A stretch of DNA of 64,000 nt from Sedimentisphaerales bacterium (GCA_963666285.1 OY762711.1), one strand, 5' to 3'; shown: positions 19,667 through 31,208, counted from the first letter of the stretch. The notes: a model not told the origin generated them from the letters alone. Translations and numbers: made by a program.

Positions 19667-19712
19667 ATACCCTTCAGTTATGATAACTAAAATTACTCAA
19701 ACTGAAGGGTAT
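19667..19712 (-). terminator. Stem-loop immediately downstream of the GH3 gene
   Basis: 13-bp perfect arms atacccttcagtt/aactgaagggtat. Confidence 0.55.
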
Positions 19713-19721
19713 GTTTATGTT

Positions 19722-22142
19722 TTATTTCAGAAAAGATGGACCGATGACGAATGTTTCTCCGGTAATATTTATGGTTTTACGCAGGCGGATATCTTTTGAA
19801 CTGGCACCGACCATGATCTCAAATTTACCAGGTTCGACTACCCTTTGCTGGTTGCTATTTATAAGCCAAAAATCCTTAACCGGGTTAAGGGTAAAGTTGA
19901 CTGTTTTACTTTCTCCAGCCTTAAGATGAATTCTCTCGAAACCTCTCAGTACCTGTTCGAAGGTTATTATGCTGCTGTATTTATCGTTGATATAAAGTTG
20001 TACTATCTCGTCTCCGTCATATTTGCCGGTGTTGGTAATAGTAACGCTAACCTTAAGTGGCTTATCTGCCGTGAGTTCTGTGGCACTGAGTTTCAAATCA
20101 GTATAGTTAAATGATGTATAGCTCAGTCCAAATCCAAACGGATAAAGGCATTCAGTAACCCTGCTGAAACCGGTTCCATCGGCATTATATCCGTTGAACT
20201 GTTTGCCAAGGGCCCAGGGTTTTACTGGGAAGTTCATTGGAATCTGCCCGGCTGTACGTGGGAAGGTTGCTGATATTTTACCGCCCGGGTTATAATCTCC
20301 GAAAATTGCTTCGGATACTGCCTGGCCGAGGAATTCGCCGCCAAACCACGCGTCCAGTATCGCTGGCACATTTTTATCTTCCCAGTTGACACTGATCGGC
20401 CTTCCGTTGACTAGAACTGCTATTACCGGTTTGCCGGTTGCATGCAGCTTTCTTAACAACAGTTTCTGAATCTGTGGCAAATCAAGTGATGTTCGTGATT
20501 TACATTCGCCAACCATGTTTTCATTATCGCCGACAACAGCGATGATGTAATCACAATCCTTTGCAGCTTCGACAGCATTCTGGATTAATTTAAGCTGATC
20601 TTCGGATGGCTCGGTATAAATGATCTCGTTGACCGGCCAGCTTTTGTCATAGTGGGAACAGCCCTTGCTGTAAACAACTTCTGCTTTATCGCCGCAGTAT
20701 TTCTTTATTCCGTCATAAACACTGATAACCGGTCCCTGTTTAGGGCCGTATCGAGAACGGCACGCATCGGTTTCTTTAGCGTTTGGGCCTATCACTGCGA
20801 TTCTGTTAACAGTACCCAGGTCTAACGGTAGTATATTGTCCTGATTTTTTAGCAATACCATTGCTTCACGGGCTGCTCTTAAAGCAACTGCTTTATGGTC
20901 TGGGCATGCTACAAGTTTGTCAATTTCAGATGTATCAACATAAGGATTGTCAAACAGGCCAAGCTGAATTTTTACCTTTAGGACATCATGGACTCTTGAG
21001 TTAACAGTATCTATAGAAAGGGAACCTTCTTTTATGCATTTTCTGACCGGATTAATGAAATTTGCCGGGTCGTTAAATGTTGTCCTGACATTTCCACCGG
21101 CGGCCAGAAATCGACGGGTTGCTTCCTGATAAGTTGGTGCTACTTTGTGTTTATTGTGAATGTTAATTACTGCGTCAGAGTCTGATACCACATAACCATT
21201 AAAGCCCATTCGATCACGAAGGATATGGGTTAGAAAAAGCTCACTGCCGGAGATTGGCTCCCCGTTCCAGTCGTTATATGAACTCATAACCCCTGTGATA
21301 TCAACATTAGCGATAACCTGTTCAAAGGCATACAGATGTATCATTTCCATTTCACGCGGTGCGACATGAGTATCTGTTCTGGAGTCGGCATCTCTTCCGC
21401 CGTTAGGGATACTGTAAACTGCAAAGTGCTTGCAGGTTACGCCTGTTCCGGTACTGCGAATACCTTTGGCCTGTTGGATGCCCAGCTGTGCGACCAGGTA
21501 TGGTGATTCGCCGTAGCACTCGACTATTCTACCCCAGCGTTGGTCGCGGGGTACATCTAATATAGGGGAGTAAACCTGGGTATATCCTAGTGCGTCAGCT
21601 TCTTTACCGGTTATAATACCGATCTGGTTGACTAGATCTCGGTCCCAGGTAGCACCAACTGCAATCTGGCTGGGGAAGTTAGTAGCATATGAGTGACATA
21701 TACCGCGAATACCTTCGTTTGTGAAATCAACCGGTATGCCCAGGCGAGTCTTCTCTATAAACCAGCGTTGAGTATCATTGATTGCTGTAGTATGCTTTGA
21801 GGGAGGCCATACATAGTCGCTTCCCTTACCTATGCCGTTATGCTGCTCATCTATATTACCTATGCCATCTTTCCAAATCTGGTTATACCAATCATCGGTA
21901 GGCAGTTGATCCTTTAGGACTCGTTTAAAACCATATAGAGTAGCCAGTTGTGCAGTTTTTTCTTCAACTGTCATCTGACTGATCAGGTTTTCAATACGTT
22001 TCTCGATTGGCTGTTGACTATCTTCGTAGATGTCTTTTGTGCCGTTCTTATTGAAATCAATCCATGAAGTGTGGTAGATGTTTTCGGCATACAGGGGGAG
22101 TGATGCCGCCAGTAACGCTAGTGACACTATTGTTTTTGTCAT
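19722..22142 (-). CDS. Glycoside hydrolase family 3 (beta-glucosidase/xylosidase)
   Basis: TRLGIP, RDQRWGR..ECYGE, KHFA, VVSDS, YPFGFGLSYTSF, Fn3-like C-terminus. Confidence 0.95.
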   Translation of the reverse strand: MTKTIVSLALLAASLPLYAENIYHTSWIDFNKNGTKDIYEDSQQPIEKRIENLISQMTVEEKTAQLATLYGFKRVLKDQLPTDDWYNQIWKDGIGNIDEQHNGIGKGSDYVWPPSKHTTAINDTQRWFIEKTRLGIPVDFTNEGIRGICHSYATNFPSQIAVGATWDRDLVNQIGIITGKEADALGYTQVYSPILDVPRDQRWGRIVECYGESPYLVAQLGIQQAKGIRSTGTGVTCKHFAVYSIPNGGRDADSRTDTHVAPREMEMIHLYAFEQVIANVDITGVMSSYNDWNGEPISGSELFLTHILRDRMGFNGYVVSDSDAVINIHNKHKVAPTYQEATRRFLAAGGNVRTTFNDPANFINPVRKCIKEGSLSIDTVNSRVHDVLKVKIQLGLFDNPYVDTSEIDKLVACPDHKAVALRAAREAMVLLKNQDNILPLDLGTVNRIAVIGPNAKETDACRSRYGPKQGPVISVYDGIKKYCGDKAEVVYSKGCSHYDKSWPVNEIIYTEPSEDQLKLIQNAVEAAKDCDYIIAVVGDNENMVGECKSRTSLDLPQIQKLLLRKLHATGKPVIAVLVNGRPISVNWEDKNVPAILDAWFGGEFLGQAVSEAIFGDYNPGGKISATFPRTAGQIPMNFPVKPWALGKQFNGYNADGTGFSRVTECLYPFGFGLSYTSFNYTDLKLSATELTADKPLKVSVTITNTGKYDGDEIVQLYINDKYSSIITFEQVLRGFERIHLKAGESKTVNFTLNPVKDFWLINSNQQRVVEPGKFEIMVGASSKDIRLRKTINITGETFVIGPSFLK

Positions 22143-22285
22143 AAATGTAAACCTTTCTTTGCTTTTCTTTTATAAAAATGTATCAGACATAAAGTTAGAA
22201 GTCAAAGGAAAATAGAATTGGGTACAACCGGCGGTATTATTTGTCTTTTTGATTTTCGACTATGCTATAATTTGCAGAGAATATT

Positions 22286-23242
22286 ATGAACTACAGAAAT
22301 TATGACAAAAAAACTTTAGCATTTTTTTTAACTAAACAGGGCGTTACTTTCCAGCAGGACGAGTTGTTGAGTAGTTATTGCAGTTGGCGGATAGGCGGCC
22401 CGGCCGATTATATCTGCCAGCCCAAAAGTATAATTCAGCTGCAGGAGCTGATATTGTATCTGGCTGAAAATGATATCCCTTATGTGGTGTTGGGAAAGGG
22501 ATCAAATTTACTGTTTTCGGATGATGGTGTAAGAGGGGTGGTGATAAAGCTGGATCAGCAATGGTCCAATTATAATATCGAAGGCAGGACTCTAATAGTT
22601 CAGTCCGGGATGTTTGCTCCGAAGCTGGCCAGGGTTGCAATGGAAAATGGGCTGTCCGGACTTACTCATATAGCCGGAATACCTGGCAATCTGGGCGGGC
22701 TGATTGTAATGAACGGCGGCAGCATGGGCAATGAGATAGGCAGCAAGGTTAGATGGGTGAAAGTGCTGGGTGGGAATGGCAAATTCTTGGTTTACGATGG
22801 CCCGGCCTGTGGGTTTAGCTATCGGCATAGCAGGTTCCAGGGTACGAATGAGATCATTCTGGAGGCAGCTTTAGAGCTTGACTATGGTGATAGTGAGCAT
22901 CTGCGATCTGAGATGCTCGCAGTGTTGCGTAATAGACGTGAGAAGATGCCGCGTCGTCAGCCGAGTTGCGGGTCGGTGTTCAAAAGTCCGACAGAACAAT
23001 ATCTTATGATGGGACCGCCTGGTTATGTCGTTGAATCGCTTGGACTTAAAGGTACAGTTTATGGAGGTGCTATGATATCTGACAAACATGCTAACTTTAT
23101 AGTGAATGTGGCAGATGCCCGGGCGAATGATATTCTGTCGCTTGTAAAAAAAGTTCAGGAAGCATTTTATGCCAAATACCTGAAGCCGTTTCATTGTGAA
23201 TTCAAATATGTTGATAACGTCGGGAATATATTATCCTTATGA
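22286..23242 (+). CDS. murB: UDP-N-acetylenolpyruvoylglucosamine reductase
   Basis: IGGPAD, GKGSNLL, GIPGNLGG...MNGG, FSYRHS, PSCGSVFK, KHANFIVN motifs. Confidence 0.95.
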   Translation: MNYRNYDKKTLAFFLTKQGVTFQQDELLSSYCSWRIGGPADYICQPKSIIQLQELILYLAENDIPYVVLGKGSNLLFSDDGVRGVVIKLDQQWSNYNIEGRTLIVQSGMFAPKLARVAMENGLSGLTHIAGIPGNLGGLIVMNGGSMGNEIGSKVRWVKVLGGNGKFLVYDGPACGFSYRHSRFQGTNEIILEAALELDYGDSEHLRSEMLAVLRNRREKMPRRQPSCGSVFKSPTEQYLMMGPPGYVVESLGLKGTVYGGAMISDKHANFIVNVADARANDILSLVKKVQEAFYAKYLKPFHCEFKYVDNVGNILSL

Positions 23243-23271
23243 TATCTGAAACTTAAAATTATTTTTTTTCA

Positions 23272-25326
23272 CTAAAAGCATTCCGATTCAGGTTCGCGGT
23301 TACAATTCAGCCAGTTTTCGGCAAAGATTGTCAGGTCAAGTATGTTCAGCTGGCAATCATCGTTAAGGTCATATTCCGGACATGGCAGTACCTCAGTAAC
23401 TGAGATGTTATCAACTGATATTTGTGTGGTGCCTGAGTTTGCTCTGCCGCCCAGGTTGAACGAGACGATCATATAGGGAGCAGTTGCGGTAAAGACTCCG
23501 TCGGTCGGGGCGCTGGTGCCGTTAGGTGAGCCCGTTATCGATTCCCAGCTCCATATTCCATCGGTAGTATTGAGATCACCGTTGCCGTAAGCTTTCTTGT
23601 AAACAATAGTTGAGGATGCAGGATAATTGCTGTCTTCGAAGGTTATGATTACCTCGGCCCAGTTTCTTGCCAAAGAGTCGGAGTCAACGGTGCCGGTAAT
23701 ATCGCCTGCCCAATCACCGCTGAAAATATATTGGCTGCCGACAGTCACCGGTATTGCCTGGAAGAAGCGGTTGTTGTTGGCACCGGTAGTACCGGTGTCA
23801 GTCTCGAGCAACGCAGAGGCGGGCGGGTTGCCGTTGGCAGAATCTAACGTTGAGGTGGTGGTACCGGAAGCACCGGATAATGCTATCGTTGTCCATGGTG
23901 TGAGTACTGAATCAAAGCTGCCGTTTTCAATAAGTTCTTGAGCGATAGGAGTTTCCGCCCATTTTGCCGTAAGCATAGCGAAATCAGTCATGTTTATCCT
24001 GCAATCGTCACTGAAGTCGGCTTTGATCGGTGAGCTGCACAACCAGTCAGCCGTTGCAGCTGATGCCGGTTCCGACCAGTCAGTTTCATTGGCATTATTG
24101 CTGTTGTCTCTTGCTTTTACCGCATAGCTGTAGGTTGTGCCGGGTGACAGGGCGGTATCGGTCCAGGAAGGTACATCGATCCAGCCGGAATCATGGCTGG
24201 ATTCGGTTAGGTTTGCAAAGTAGTATTGTACGCCGCTGCTATCGGTAGCGGTGGTTGCCTGCATTGCGATATCTACCCCGCCGGTAGAATATGGTTCTAC
24301 CGCCCAGGTTAGTGGATCAGGCGTAGGCGGTGTTGTGTCAGGTGTGTCAATATACTGTTGGCCAATTTCAGTTTTTGGCCCGGATTCAGCTGTTACAATG
24401 CTCTTAACTTCAGATGTAGGATAAAGATAATAGCTGTAATAATCCGCCGGGTCATAAGGCATCGTCGTGGTGTTGCCGGATCTTGAGCCGGTGCAATTGA
24501 TAAATTGCATGCCGGAAATATAGCAAGCAGCAGTAGAATCACATGTGATCGGGTTATTGCTGTCTTCGAAGACACAGTTCTCTATGACCAGTTGTGCCAT
24601 ACCTCGCGCATAATGACCATAACTGGTTATATTGCTGCCGTAGTTGTTGTATAAGTGACCTATCCCCATATCAAAACTTGGGTTACGCTGGTTGGTACTG
24701 TCAAACCAGCAATTGTTAATGGTCGTTCTGAAATCTGTTTCTTCGGTCCAGCCAAGCCCGAAGCATTTATTATGATTGCTCAGATGCACCCATGAGACGG
24801 TTACATAGTCACATACTTTCCTCAGGTCGATCAGGCCGTCACCGCAATGGGTGAAATGACAATGGTCGATCCAGATATGGTCACTGCCGTCGGCCTGTAT
24901 CGCATCGTAGTCATTTGTTTTACCATCATAATCACCTTCTACATAGGAGTCTCGTATTGTCAGATTGCGAATAATAATATTGCTGACATACAGAAGTCTA
25001 AGCTCCGCCTGGTAAAGAGTTGCGTTATCCCCCAGGCCAACAATTGTCTTATTGGATTTCACATCAATATTTGTTCCGTTTGATGGAGCATTGATAGTAC
25101 CTTCAACTAGAATGATATATGGATTTGATGATTCGGCATAATATTCCAGTTCGGACCAGGTGGTTACGGTAACTTTTTGGCCGCCTTCGCCGCCGGTTGT
25201 GGTACTCAGACCCAGGCCGCTGACTGAAGCAAAGCCGGTTGGCTGGTCGGCAGCAGTTAAAGAGAGGGTAAAACACGATAATGCCAACAATGCTGTTAAA
25301 ATAGAAAATCTTACCATTACAACCAT
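23272..25326 (-). CDS. Pectate lyase (PL1) with Fn3-like, CBM-like and two dockerin-like modules
   Basis: TTGGEGG, SNKTIVG, NIIIRNL, WIDHCHF, DGLID, QRNP motifs. Confidence 0.9.
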   Translation of the reverse strand: MVVMVRFSILTALLALSCFTLSLTAADQPTGFASVSGLGLSTTTGGEGGQKVTVTTWSELEYYAESSNPYIILVEGTINAPSNGTNIDVKSNKTIVGLGDNATLYQAELRLLYVSNIIIRNLTIRDSYVEGDYDGKTNDYDAIQADGSDHIWIDHCHFTHCGDGLIDLRKVCDYVTVSWVHLSNHNKCFGLGWTEETDFRTTINNCWFDSTNQRNPSFDMGIGHLYNNYGSNITSYGHYARGMAQLVIENCVFEDSNNPITCDSTAACYISGMQFINCTGSRSGNTTTMPYDPADYYSYYLYPTSEVKSIVTAESGPKTEIGQQYIDTPDTTPPTPDPLTWAVEPYSTGGVDIAMQATTATDSSGVQYYFANLTESSHDSGWIDVPSWTDTALSPGTTYSYAVKARDNSNNANETDWSEPASAATADWLCSSPIKADFSDDCRINMTDFAMLTAKWAETPIAQELIENGSFDSVLTPWTTIALSGASGTTTSTLDSANGNPPASALLETDTGTTGANNNRFFQAIPVTVGSQYIFSGDWAGDITGTVDSDSLARNWAEVIITFEDSNYPASSTIVYKKAYGNGDLNTTDGIWSWESITGSPNGTSAPTDGVFTATAPYMIVSFNLGGRANSGTTQISVDNISVTEVLPCPEYDLNDDCQLNILDLTIFAENWLNCNREPESECF

Positions 25327-25519
25327 CCTTTTTCTGTCATCTCGGAATCATTCACAGCAAACATGTGCAGTTTTTCTGAATAATTACCATTAATCTAATT
25401 CTATCTCTATTGATTATCTCTTTTCTTTTCAAACGCAGAGTGTGTTATCATGAAAGCTTTATTTATCTTATCAAATTGAATAAAGATTAGATAATCGATT
25501 TTGTGATGATAATTAATGG

Positions 25520-25533
25520 AAATTGCGCAATTT
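25520..25533. promoter_or_regulatory. Candidate LacI-type operator aaattgcgcaattt
   Basis: Perfect 14-bp palindrome with a central CG-containing core, between the divergent PL1 and GH106 genes. Confidence 0.4.
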
Positions 25534-25621
25534 TTCTAAGGCTTTTTTATTAGACATTCTAACTGTATTTATTACCATAACATTAGTTCTTATGATTAAT
25601 AATTTGATTTAAATATGGAAT

Positions 25622-28600
25622 TTGAAGATGTTTAGAATTTTATTAGTTTTATTGTTGGCGTCGGTAGAGTTAATTGCTGCGGGTGATTTGGCGGGAGATT
25701 TTGCGAATCCACCGCAAAAGGCAGGTGTACGTTGCTGGTGGTGGTGGCTAAACAGCAATGTAACCAAAGAAGCGATCACACACGATTTGGAAGCAATGGC
25801 CGGTAAAGGTTTTAGCGGTGCGATGATCTTTGATGCCGGCACAGAGCTTGGCTGGGGACCAGATAAAAATGTTCCCAACGGTCCGCAGTTCGGTAGTGAG
25901 CAATGGACCGAGCTCTATTTGCATGCTTTGCGTGAAGCTAAGCGATTAGGGCTTGAAATAGGCTTGTCCATCCAGAGTGGCTGGAACCTGGGCGGGCCGT
26001 TTGTGACACTGGACGATAAAGCCAAGCAAATCACAGCTTCCGAGACGCAGGTGGTAGGTCCGGGCATGGTAACAATGGACCTGCCGGTGCCGAAGTCTAA
26101 TTATGATTATTATCGGGATATCTCTGTACTGGCGTATCCTCAAAATGGTTTTGCCGGTCAGGTTTACCAGCTGTCAGCAAGTTCCAGCCAGCCGGATTAT
26201 CCGGTTAACAATATAAATAGCAAGGAGTTCTGGGTTAGCAGCGGCGAAAAGCCCGGTGAAGGACCGACCGCTGACAAGCCGGAATGGATAGAGTTCGAAT
26301 TTGAAAAGCCGGTGAAGGTTGCCGGTTTGAAGATTGCCGGTCGTCAGGGTTATGGCCCGAAGGTATGTCGGGTAGAAGCTGTTGGCAGCGGTGAAAAGAC
26401 AGAAAAGCTTAGCCTGAAAGATGGTGAAAACGAGCTAAAATTTAGAATGCTGGAAGGCAGGCAGATTCGGATTGTTTTTGAAGCTGCATACGACAGCCGC
26501 TATCCTGAATCAGCAAGGAATGTCCAGGTAATAAGTGCTCATCTAGTCAGCAGCGATGGTAAGGTGTTGACTGCAAGGTCAGATATAAAGAAAAAGCCTA
26601 TACGCGACCTGGATGCCAAAAGCGGTACACGTGAACTGGGTGGTTCTGCACCAGATAGCAAGTTCCTACTGGACGACTGGCCGGCTGTTGTAGGTGAGCA
26701 GGATTGCATGCTTACCGATATTGTTGATATTACCGATAAGCTAGGCGATGATGGGGTGCTGAACTGGGAGGTGCCGGAAGGGAAATGGACGGTCCTGCGG
26801 ATAGGTTATACTCCTACGCGTGCCCATGTTGCGACTTCGAGCGATAACTGGAAAGGGCATGTGCTGGATTATCTGAGTAAGGATGCGTTTAACCGGTATT
26901 GGGACCGTACAGTTAAGCCGCTATTGGATAAGGCCGGCGATATGGCCGGAACGGTATTGACTCAACTGGAAACTGACAGCTGGGAATGCGGGGGCATGAA
27001 CTGGAGTGAGGGTTTTGCTCAGGAGTTCAAGGATTACAATGGGTATGATATAATTAAGTATTTGCCGGTAGTGGCCGGTAAAATCGTTGAGAGTAGAGAG
27101 GTTAGTAATGCGTTTTTGGCAGATCTGCGAAAGACAATAGCACATTGTGTATCGGAGAATCATTACGGTACATTTGCCGAAAATGCCGCGAAATATAATA
27201 TCGGCATTCAGCCGGAGTGTTCCGGGCCGCATGCCGGGCCGCTGGACGGCATAACTAATTATTCCCATAGCGATATAACGATGAGCGAGTTCTGGATACC
27301 ATGTCCGCATCGCCCGGAGCCGCATAATCGATTCTATGTCAAGCAGGCTGCGTCAGCGGCACATATTTACGGCAAGCAGTATGTCGGTGCCGAGAGTTTT
27401 ACCTCGCTTCGTAAACCTCATTGGGGTGTAGAGTTATGGTATGATATTAAGCCGCACGCAGATTATGAGTTTTGTGAAGGATTGAATATGATCTTTTTCC
27501 ATACGTTTACCTGTTCGCCAAAGGAAATGGGCGTACCGGGTCAGGAGTATTTTGCCGGTACACATGTTAATCCGCAGGTGACCTGGTGGGATTATTCCGA
27601 TGCTTTTATCGATTATCTTAACCGTGTGCAGGTAATGACCCAGAAAGGCAGATTTGTTGCGGATGTTCTGTATTATTATGGCGACCATGTTCCTAACATT
27701 GCGGTAAATAAGGGTTTTAACCAGGGTGGAGCCTTGCCGGGTTATGATTTTGATGTCTGTAATGAGGATGTGCTGCTAAAGTTGAAGGTTGTTGATGGTA
27801 TGCTGGTAGTACCAAGTGGTCTGAGATATCGAGTTCTGGTATTGCCGGGGCATAAGGTTTTGTCAATGGCGGCCTTGGATAAGATTGGCGAGCTTGTAGT
27901 AGCCGGTGCAGTTGTAATCGGCGAAAAGCCTGAGCGGCTGGTGAGCCTGGTAGATGGTCGAACAGCTCAGAAAAATTTTACTGATCTGGCTGATATTCTA
28001 TGGGGAACAAACCCTGCACAAGAAGGCATACGAAAGACTAAGGCTGGTGGTGCGATTGTCTGGGGAACCGGATCGAGATTGTATCTGCAAAGCGTTGGAG
28101 TGCCGTATGATTTTGAGGTTCTGGGTAATATAAGGCAGCAGGATTTTGAATTTATCCATTATAAGGTTGATGGAACCGATGTGTATTTTGTTTGCAATCA
28201 GACTAATAAACCGCGGGCGGTTGATTGTGCCTTTCGGGTGACAGGTCGTCAGCCGGAACTGTGGGACCCGATAATAGGAAAAATATGGCCGGCTGATAAG
28301 TTTAGCCAGGCAGACGGCAGGACTACAGTGCCGCTGGAATTTGATCCGTTTGATTCTGTGTTTGTTGTGTTTAATGATGCGATAACAGATACGATGGAGG
28401 GGGCGGCAGACTCAAACTATCCGGTTAAGCGTACAGTCAGTAAAGTCGAAGGTCCGTGGCAGGTCGCTTTTGATACCGAATGGGGAGGTCCTGATCTGAT
28501 CGAATTTAAGCGACTGAAAGACTGGGCTGAGTTTGGTAATGATGGGATAAAATATTATTCCGGCGAGGCTGTCTATAAGAACACATTTGAGTTGGATGTG

Positions 28601-28930
28601 GAAGAAGGCAAACGATATTGGATACAGCTGAATAATGTGCTCGATGCCGGTATTGCCGCGGTGAAATTGAATGATATCGACCTGGGTGTTACCTGGACCA
28701 AACCGTTTTGCGTGGAGATTACCGATGCGGTTAAATCCGGTCGAAACAAACTGGCGATTACGGTTGTGAATACCTGGCAGAACCGGCTTATAGGTGATCG
28801 CGGCAAGCCGCAGGACCAGCGGTTTACCGAGACCAATATCAAGATAAAAGATGAATGGAAGCTGAGGCCGTCAGGCTTGATGGGCCCGGTGGAAATTAAG
28901 TGTGACCAGGTCAGTGGTGATATCAGGTAG
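25622..28930 (+). CDS. Glycoside hydrolase family 106 (alpha-L-rhamnosidase-like)
   Basis: FANPP...WWWWLN.NVTKE.IT.DLEAM, TDSWE, MSEFW, GAESFT, WQNRLIGD, SGLMGPV motifs. Confidence 0.85.
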   Translation: MKMFRILLVLLLASVELIAAGDLAGDFANPPQKAGVRCWWWWLNSNVTKEAITHDLEAMAGKGFSGAMIFDAGTELGWGPDKNVPNGPQFGSEQWTELYLHALREAKRLGLEIGLSIQSGWNLGGPFVTLDDKAKQITASETQVVGPGMVTMDLPVPKSNYDYYRDISVLAYPQNGFAGQVYQLSASSSQPDYPVNNINSKEFWVSSGEKPGEGPTADKPEWIEFEFEKPVKVAGLKIAGRQGYGPKVCRVEAVGSGEKTEKLSLKDGENELKFRMLEGRQIRIVFEAAYDSRYPESARNVQVISAHLVSSDGKVLTARSDIKKKPIRDLDAKSGTRELGGSAPDSKFLLDDWPAVVGEQDCMLTDIVDITDKLGDDGVLNWEVPEGKWTVLRIGYTPTRAHVATSSDNWKGHVLDYLSKDAFNRYWDRTVKPLLDKAGDMAGTVLTQLETDSWECGGMNWSEGFAQEFKDYNGYDIIKYLPVVAGKIVESREVSNAFLADLRKTIAHCVSENHYGTFAENAAKYNIGIQPECSGPHAGPLDGITNYSHSDITMSEFWIPCPHRPEPHNRFYVKQAASAAHIYGKQYVGAESFTSLRKPHWGVELWYDIKPHADYEFCEGLNMIFFHTFTCSPKEMGVPGQEYFAGTHVNPQVTWWDYSDAFIDYLNRVQVMTQKGRFVADVLYYYGDHVPNIAVNKGFNQGGALPGYDFDVCNEDVLLKLKVVDGMLVVPSGLRYRVLVLPGHKVLSMAALDKIGELVVAGAVVIGEKPERLVSLVDGRTAQKNFTDLADILWGTNPAQEGIRKTKAGGAIVWGTGSRLYLQSVGVPYDFEVLGNIRQQDFEFIHYKVDGTDVYFVCNQTNKPRAVDCAFRVTGRQPELWDPIIGKIWPADKFSQADGRTTVPLEFDPFDSVFVVFNDAITDTMEGAADSNYPVKRTVSKVEGPWQVAFDTEWGGPDLIEFKRLKDWAEFGNDGIKYYSGEAVYKNTFELDVEEGKRYWIQLNNVLDAGIAAVKLNDIDLGVTWTKPFCVEITDAVKSGRNKLAITVVNTWQNRLIGDRGKPQDQRFTETNIKIKDEWKLRPSGLMGPVEIKCDQVSGDIR

Positions 28931-28985
28931 GCCGCTGTAGTTATATTCTGTTTGCCTTTGTGCTTTTACGTTTGGGAATAACATA

Positions 28986-31208
28986 TTATTGCTCTACTAT
29001 CATATATAGACCGGCGTCGATGTACTGGTCTCCGCCATCTTCGTGACAGTGGATGGCAAATACATTTTGCCCTTTTGTAAGGATGTCAGCAGCTTGGATA
29101 TCGGTCACTATCATATCATAGTTGCGGTTAGCACCTTTGATTTCAAGGATGTGTTTGCCGTTAACATAAATGTTAGCGGTGTCATCATGCTTGATTTTGA
29201 TAGCTAGTGCAGCACATTTTGGCGGGGTTGCGTCCAGATTGAAGTTCTGGCGGATCCAGATATCGCTGCCTGTCCATTCGGTATTGCACACATTTGGCCT
29301 TATGTCATTGTCTCCGAAACCTGCCTGACCGGTTCTCCATCCGGAAATGTCAAACGTTGGTTTGTACCAGTCAGAACCGGGATTATCGAATGTGTAGTTC
29401 CATACTTTTGCATTTTTATCGCTGGCTTCAAGTACAGTTGCAACTCTTGGACTTTTGCCATATAGTTTCCTGGCGGCAGCAGCGGCGAGCTTATGGTCAA
29501 TTTTGATAATTTCCCGGTCGTAAGTCATAATTCCGTTAACCTCAACTTCTTCAACATCGGTTGTCTGGGTATATACTGCCGCTGAAAGACCGGCAGTGAT
29601 AAGCGGTCTCATATTAGTGAGCAGGCTTACATAAGCGTCAGTAAGCTCTTTGACGTTCTGGTAAGGTACATAATTCCAGTTATATCTCTCATGCCAGGTA
29701 TGGCCGTCAATAGGCATTCCCAGTCCGCCGAACTCACCCAGAACACATACCCTGTTTTCTTCTGCCGGTTTTGTATCTGGTCCGGGGTAGATATGCATGT
29801 CGGTTACATCGCCGCTGCCGCGGTCATTCCATCCGCTGGCCTCGTTGATTGGTCGGGTCGGTTCGTAATTCTGCAGCCAGTCAACCACCTGCGGAGTATC
29901 GTGCTGGCCCCAACCTTCGTTGAACGGTATCCACATAACAATTGATGGGAAGTTATGCAGGGTGTCAACCATGGCTTTTAATTCGTTCATGAAATTGTCT
30001 TTGGCCTGTTGGTGTTTGCCGGTATCGCCTGCCGGCATATCCTGCCAGACGAGCATACCCATTTTGTCGCAGGCATAATACCACCGGGCACATTCGTATT
30101 TTACATGTTTGCGGATCATGTTCATGCCGAAATCCCGGGTGACTTTGATGTCATAGATCATCGCTTCTTCCGTTGGAGGAGTATAGAGTCCGTCCGGCCA
30201 CCAGCCCTGGTCCAGCAGGCCATACTGGAATAGCGGTCTGTTATTCAGGAATAGCCTGTTCAGACCTTGCTCATCTTTTTTGACTTCAATCTTTCTCATG
30301 CCAAAGTAGCTGGTCACAGTGTCGACAGGCTTGTCATTGTTCAGCAGTTTTACTTCCAGGTCGTACAGGTTGGGTTTACCGGCATCCCAAAGAACTGGAT
30401 TATTGATTTTAAGGGCAGTTGGCGAACCTGACATAGCTTTCTTTTGGGCAACTTCTTTGCCTTTATAAGATGCGGTAATCTCTACCATTCTTAATGCAGA
30501 AGCGTTAACAGTTACATTTACTGTTTCATTATCGATGTCCGGAACGATTTTTAATGACTGGATGTAATCCATTGGAACTGTTTCCAGCCATACGGTCTGC
30601 CAGATACCGGTAACGGCTGTGTACATCATCCCGCCTGGATGAAGTACTTGTTTGCCTTTTGGCTGGTACCCTTTGTCTGTCGGGTCAAACACTTTTACGA
30701 TAAGTTCGTTGTCGCCGGATTTGACAACATCGCTTATGTCAAAGGTAAACGGATCATTACCGCCGGTGTGGCAACCGATGAGTTTGCCGTTAATCCATAC
30801 AGTAGACTGCCAGTCTACTGCATCAAAATGAAGAAGTGTGCGAGTGGAACTTTCTGGAATTGTCTGGAAATTCCTGTGATACCATAGCAGCTGGTCTGGC
30901 AGAACCGTTTTTTTGACTCCGCTCAAGGCAGACTCTACTGCAAATGGAACGAGTATTTCCCCATCCCATTTGACCGGTTTGGCCAAGCTGTTATCAGTGA
31001 TAGCATAGTCCCATAGGCCGTTGAGATTGGTCCAGTTACTTCGGACCATTTGAGGCCTGGGATATTCCGGCCAGACATTGTTTGGAGAAACGTCTTCAGC
31101 GAATTTAGAAAGAATATTACCTTTGACCGGTGCCCAGTCAGCGGCAGCAGATAATGAATTACCAACGACAAATGCAATTATCGTTGCAGTAATAATAATT
31201 TTTTTCAC
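28986..31208 (-). CDS. Glycoside hydrolase family 2
   Basis: EYPRPQM, LNGLWDY, SYFGMR, LDQGWWPDGLYT, FNEGWGQ, LGEFGG motifs. Confidence 0.92.
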   Translation of the reverse strand: MKKIIITATIIAFVVGNSLSAAADWAPVKGNILSKFAEDVSPNNVWPEYPRPQMVRSNWTNLNGLWDYAITDNSLAKPVKWDGEILVPFAVESALSGVKKTVLPDQLLWYHRNFQTIPESSTRTLLHFDAVDWQSTVWINGKLIGCHTGGNDPFTFDISDVVKSGDNELIVKVFDPTDKGYQPKGKQVLHPGGMMYTAVTGIWQTVWLETVPMDYIQSLKIVPDIDNETVNVTVNASALRMVEITASYKGKEVAQKKAMSGSPTALKINNPVLWDAGKPNLYDLEVKLLNNDKPVDTVTSYFGMRKIEVKKDEQGLNRLFLNNRPLFQYGLLDQGWWPDGLYTPPTEEAMIYDIKVTRDFGMNMIRKHVKYECARWYYACDKMGMLVWQDMPAGDTGKHQQAKDNFMNELKAMVDTLHNFPSIVMWIPFNEGWGQHDTPQVVDWLQNYEPTRPINEASGWNDRGSGDVTDMHIYPGPDTKPAEENRVCVLGEFGGLGMPIDGHTWHERYNWNYVPYQNVKELTDAYVSLLTNMRPLITAGLSAAVYTQTTDVEEVEVNGIMTYDREIIKIDHKLAAAAARKLYGKSPRVATVLEASDKNAKVWNYTFDNPGSDWYKPTFDISGWRTGQAGFGDNDIRPNVCNTEWTGSDIWIRQNFNLDATPPKCAALAIKIKHDDTANIYVNGKHILEIKGANRNYDMIVTDIQAADILTKGQNVFAIHCHEDGGDQYIDAGLYMIVEQ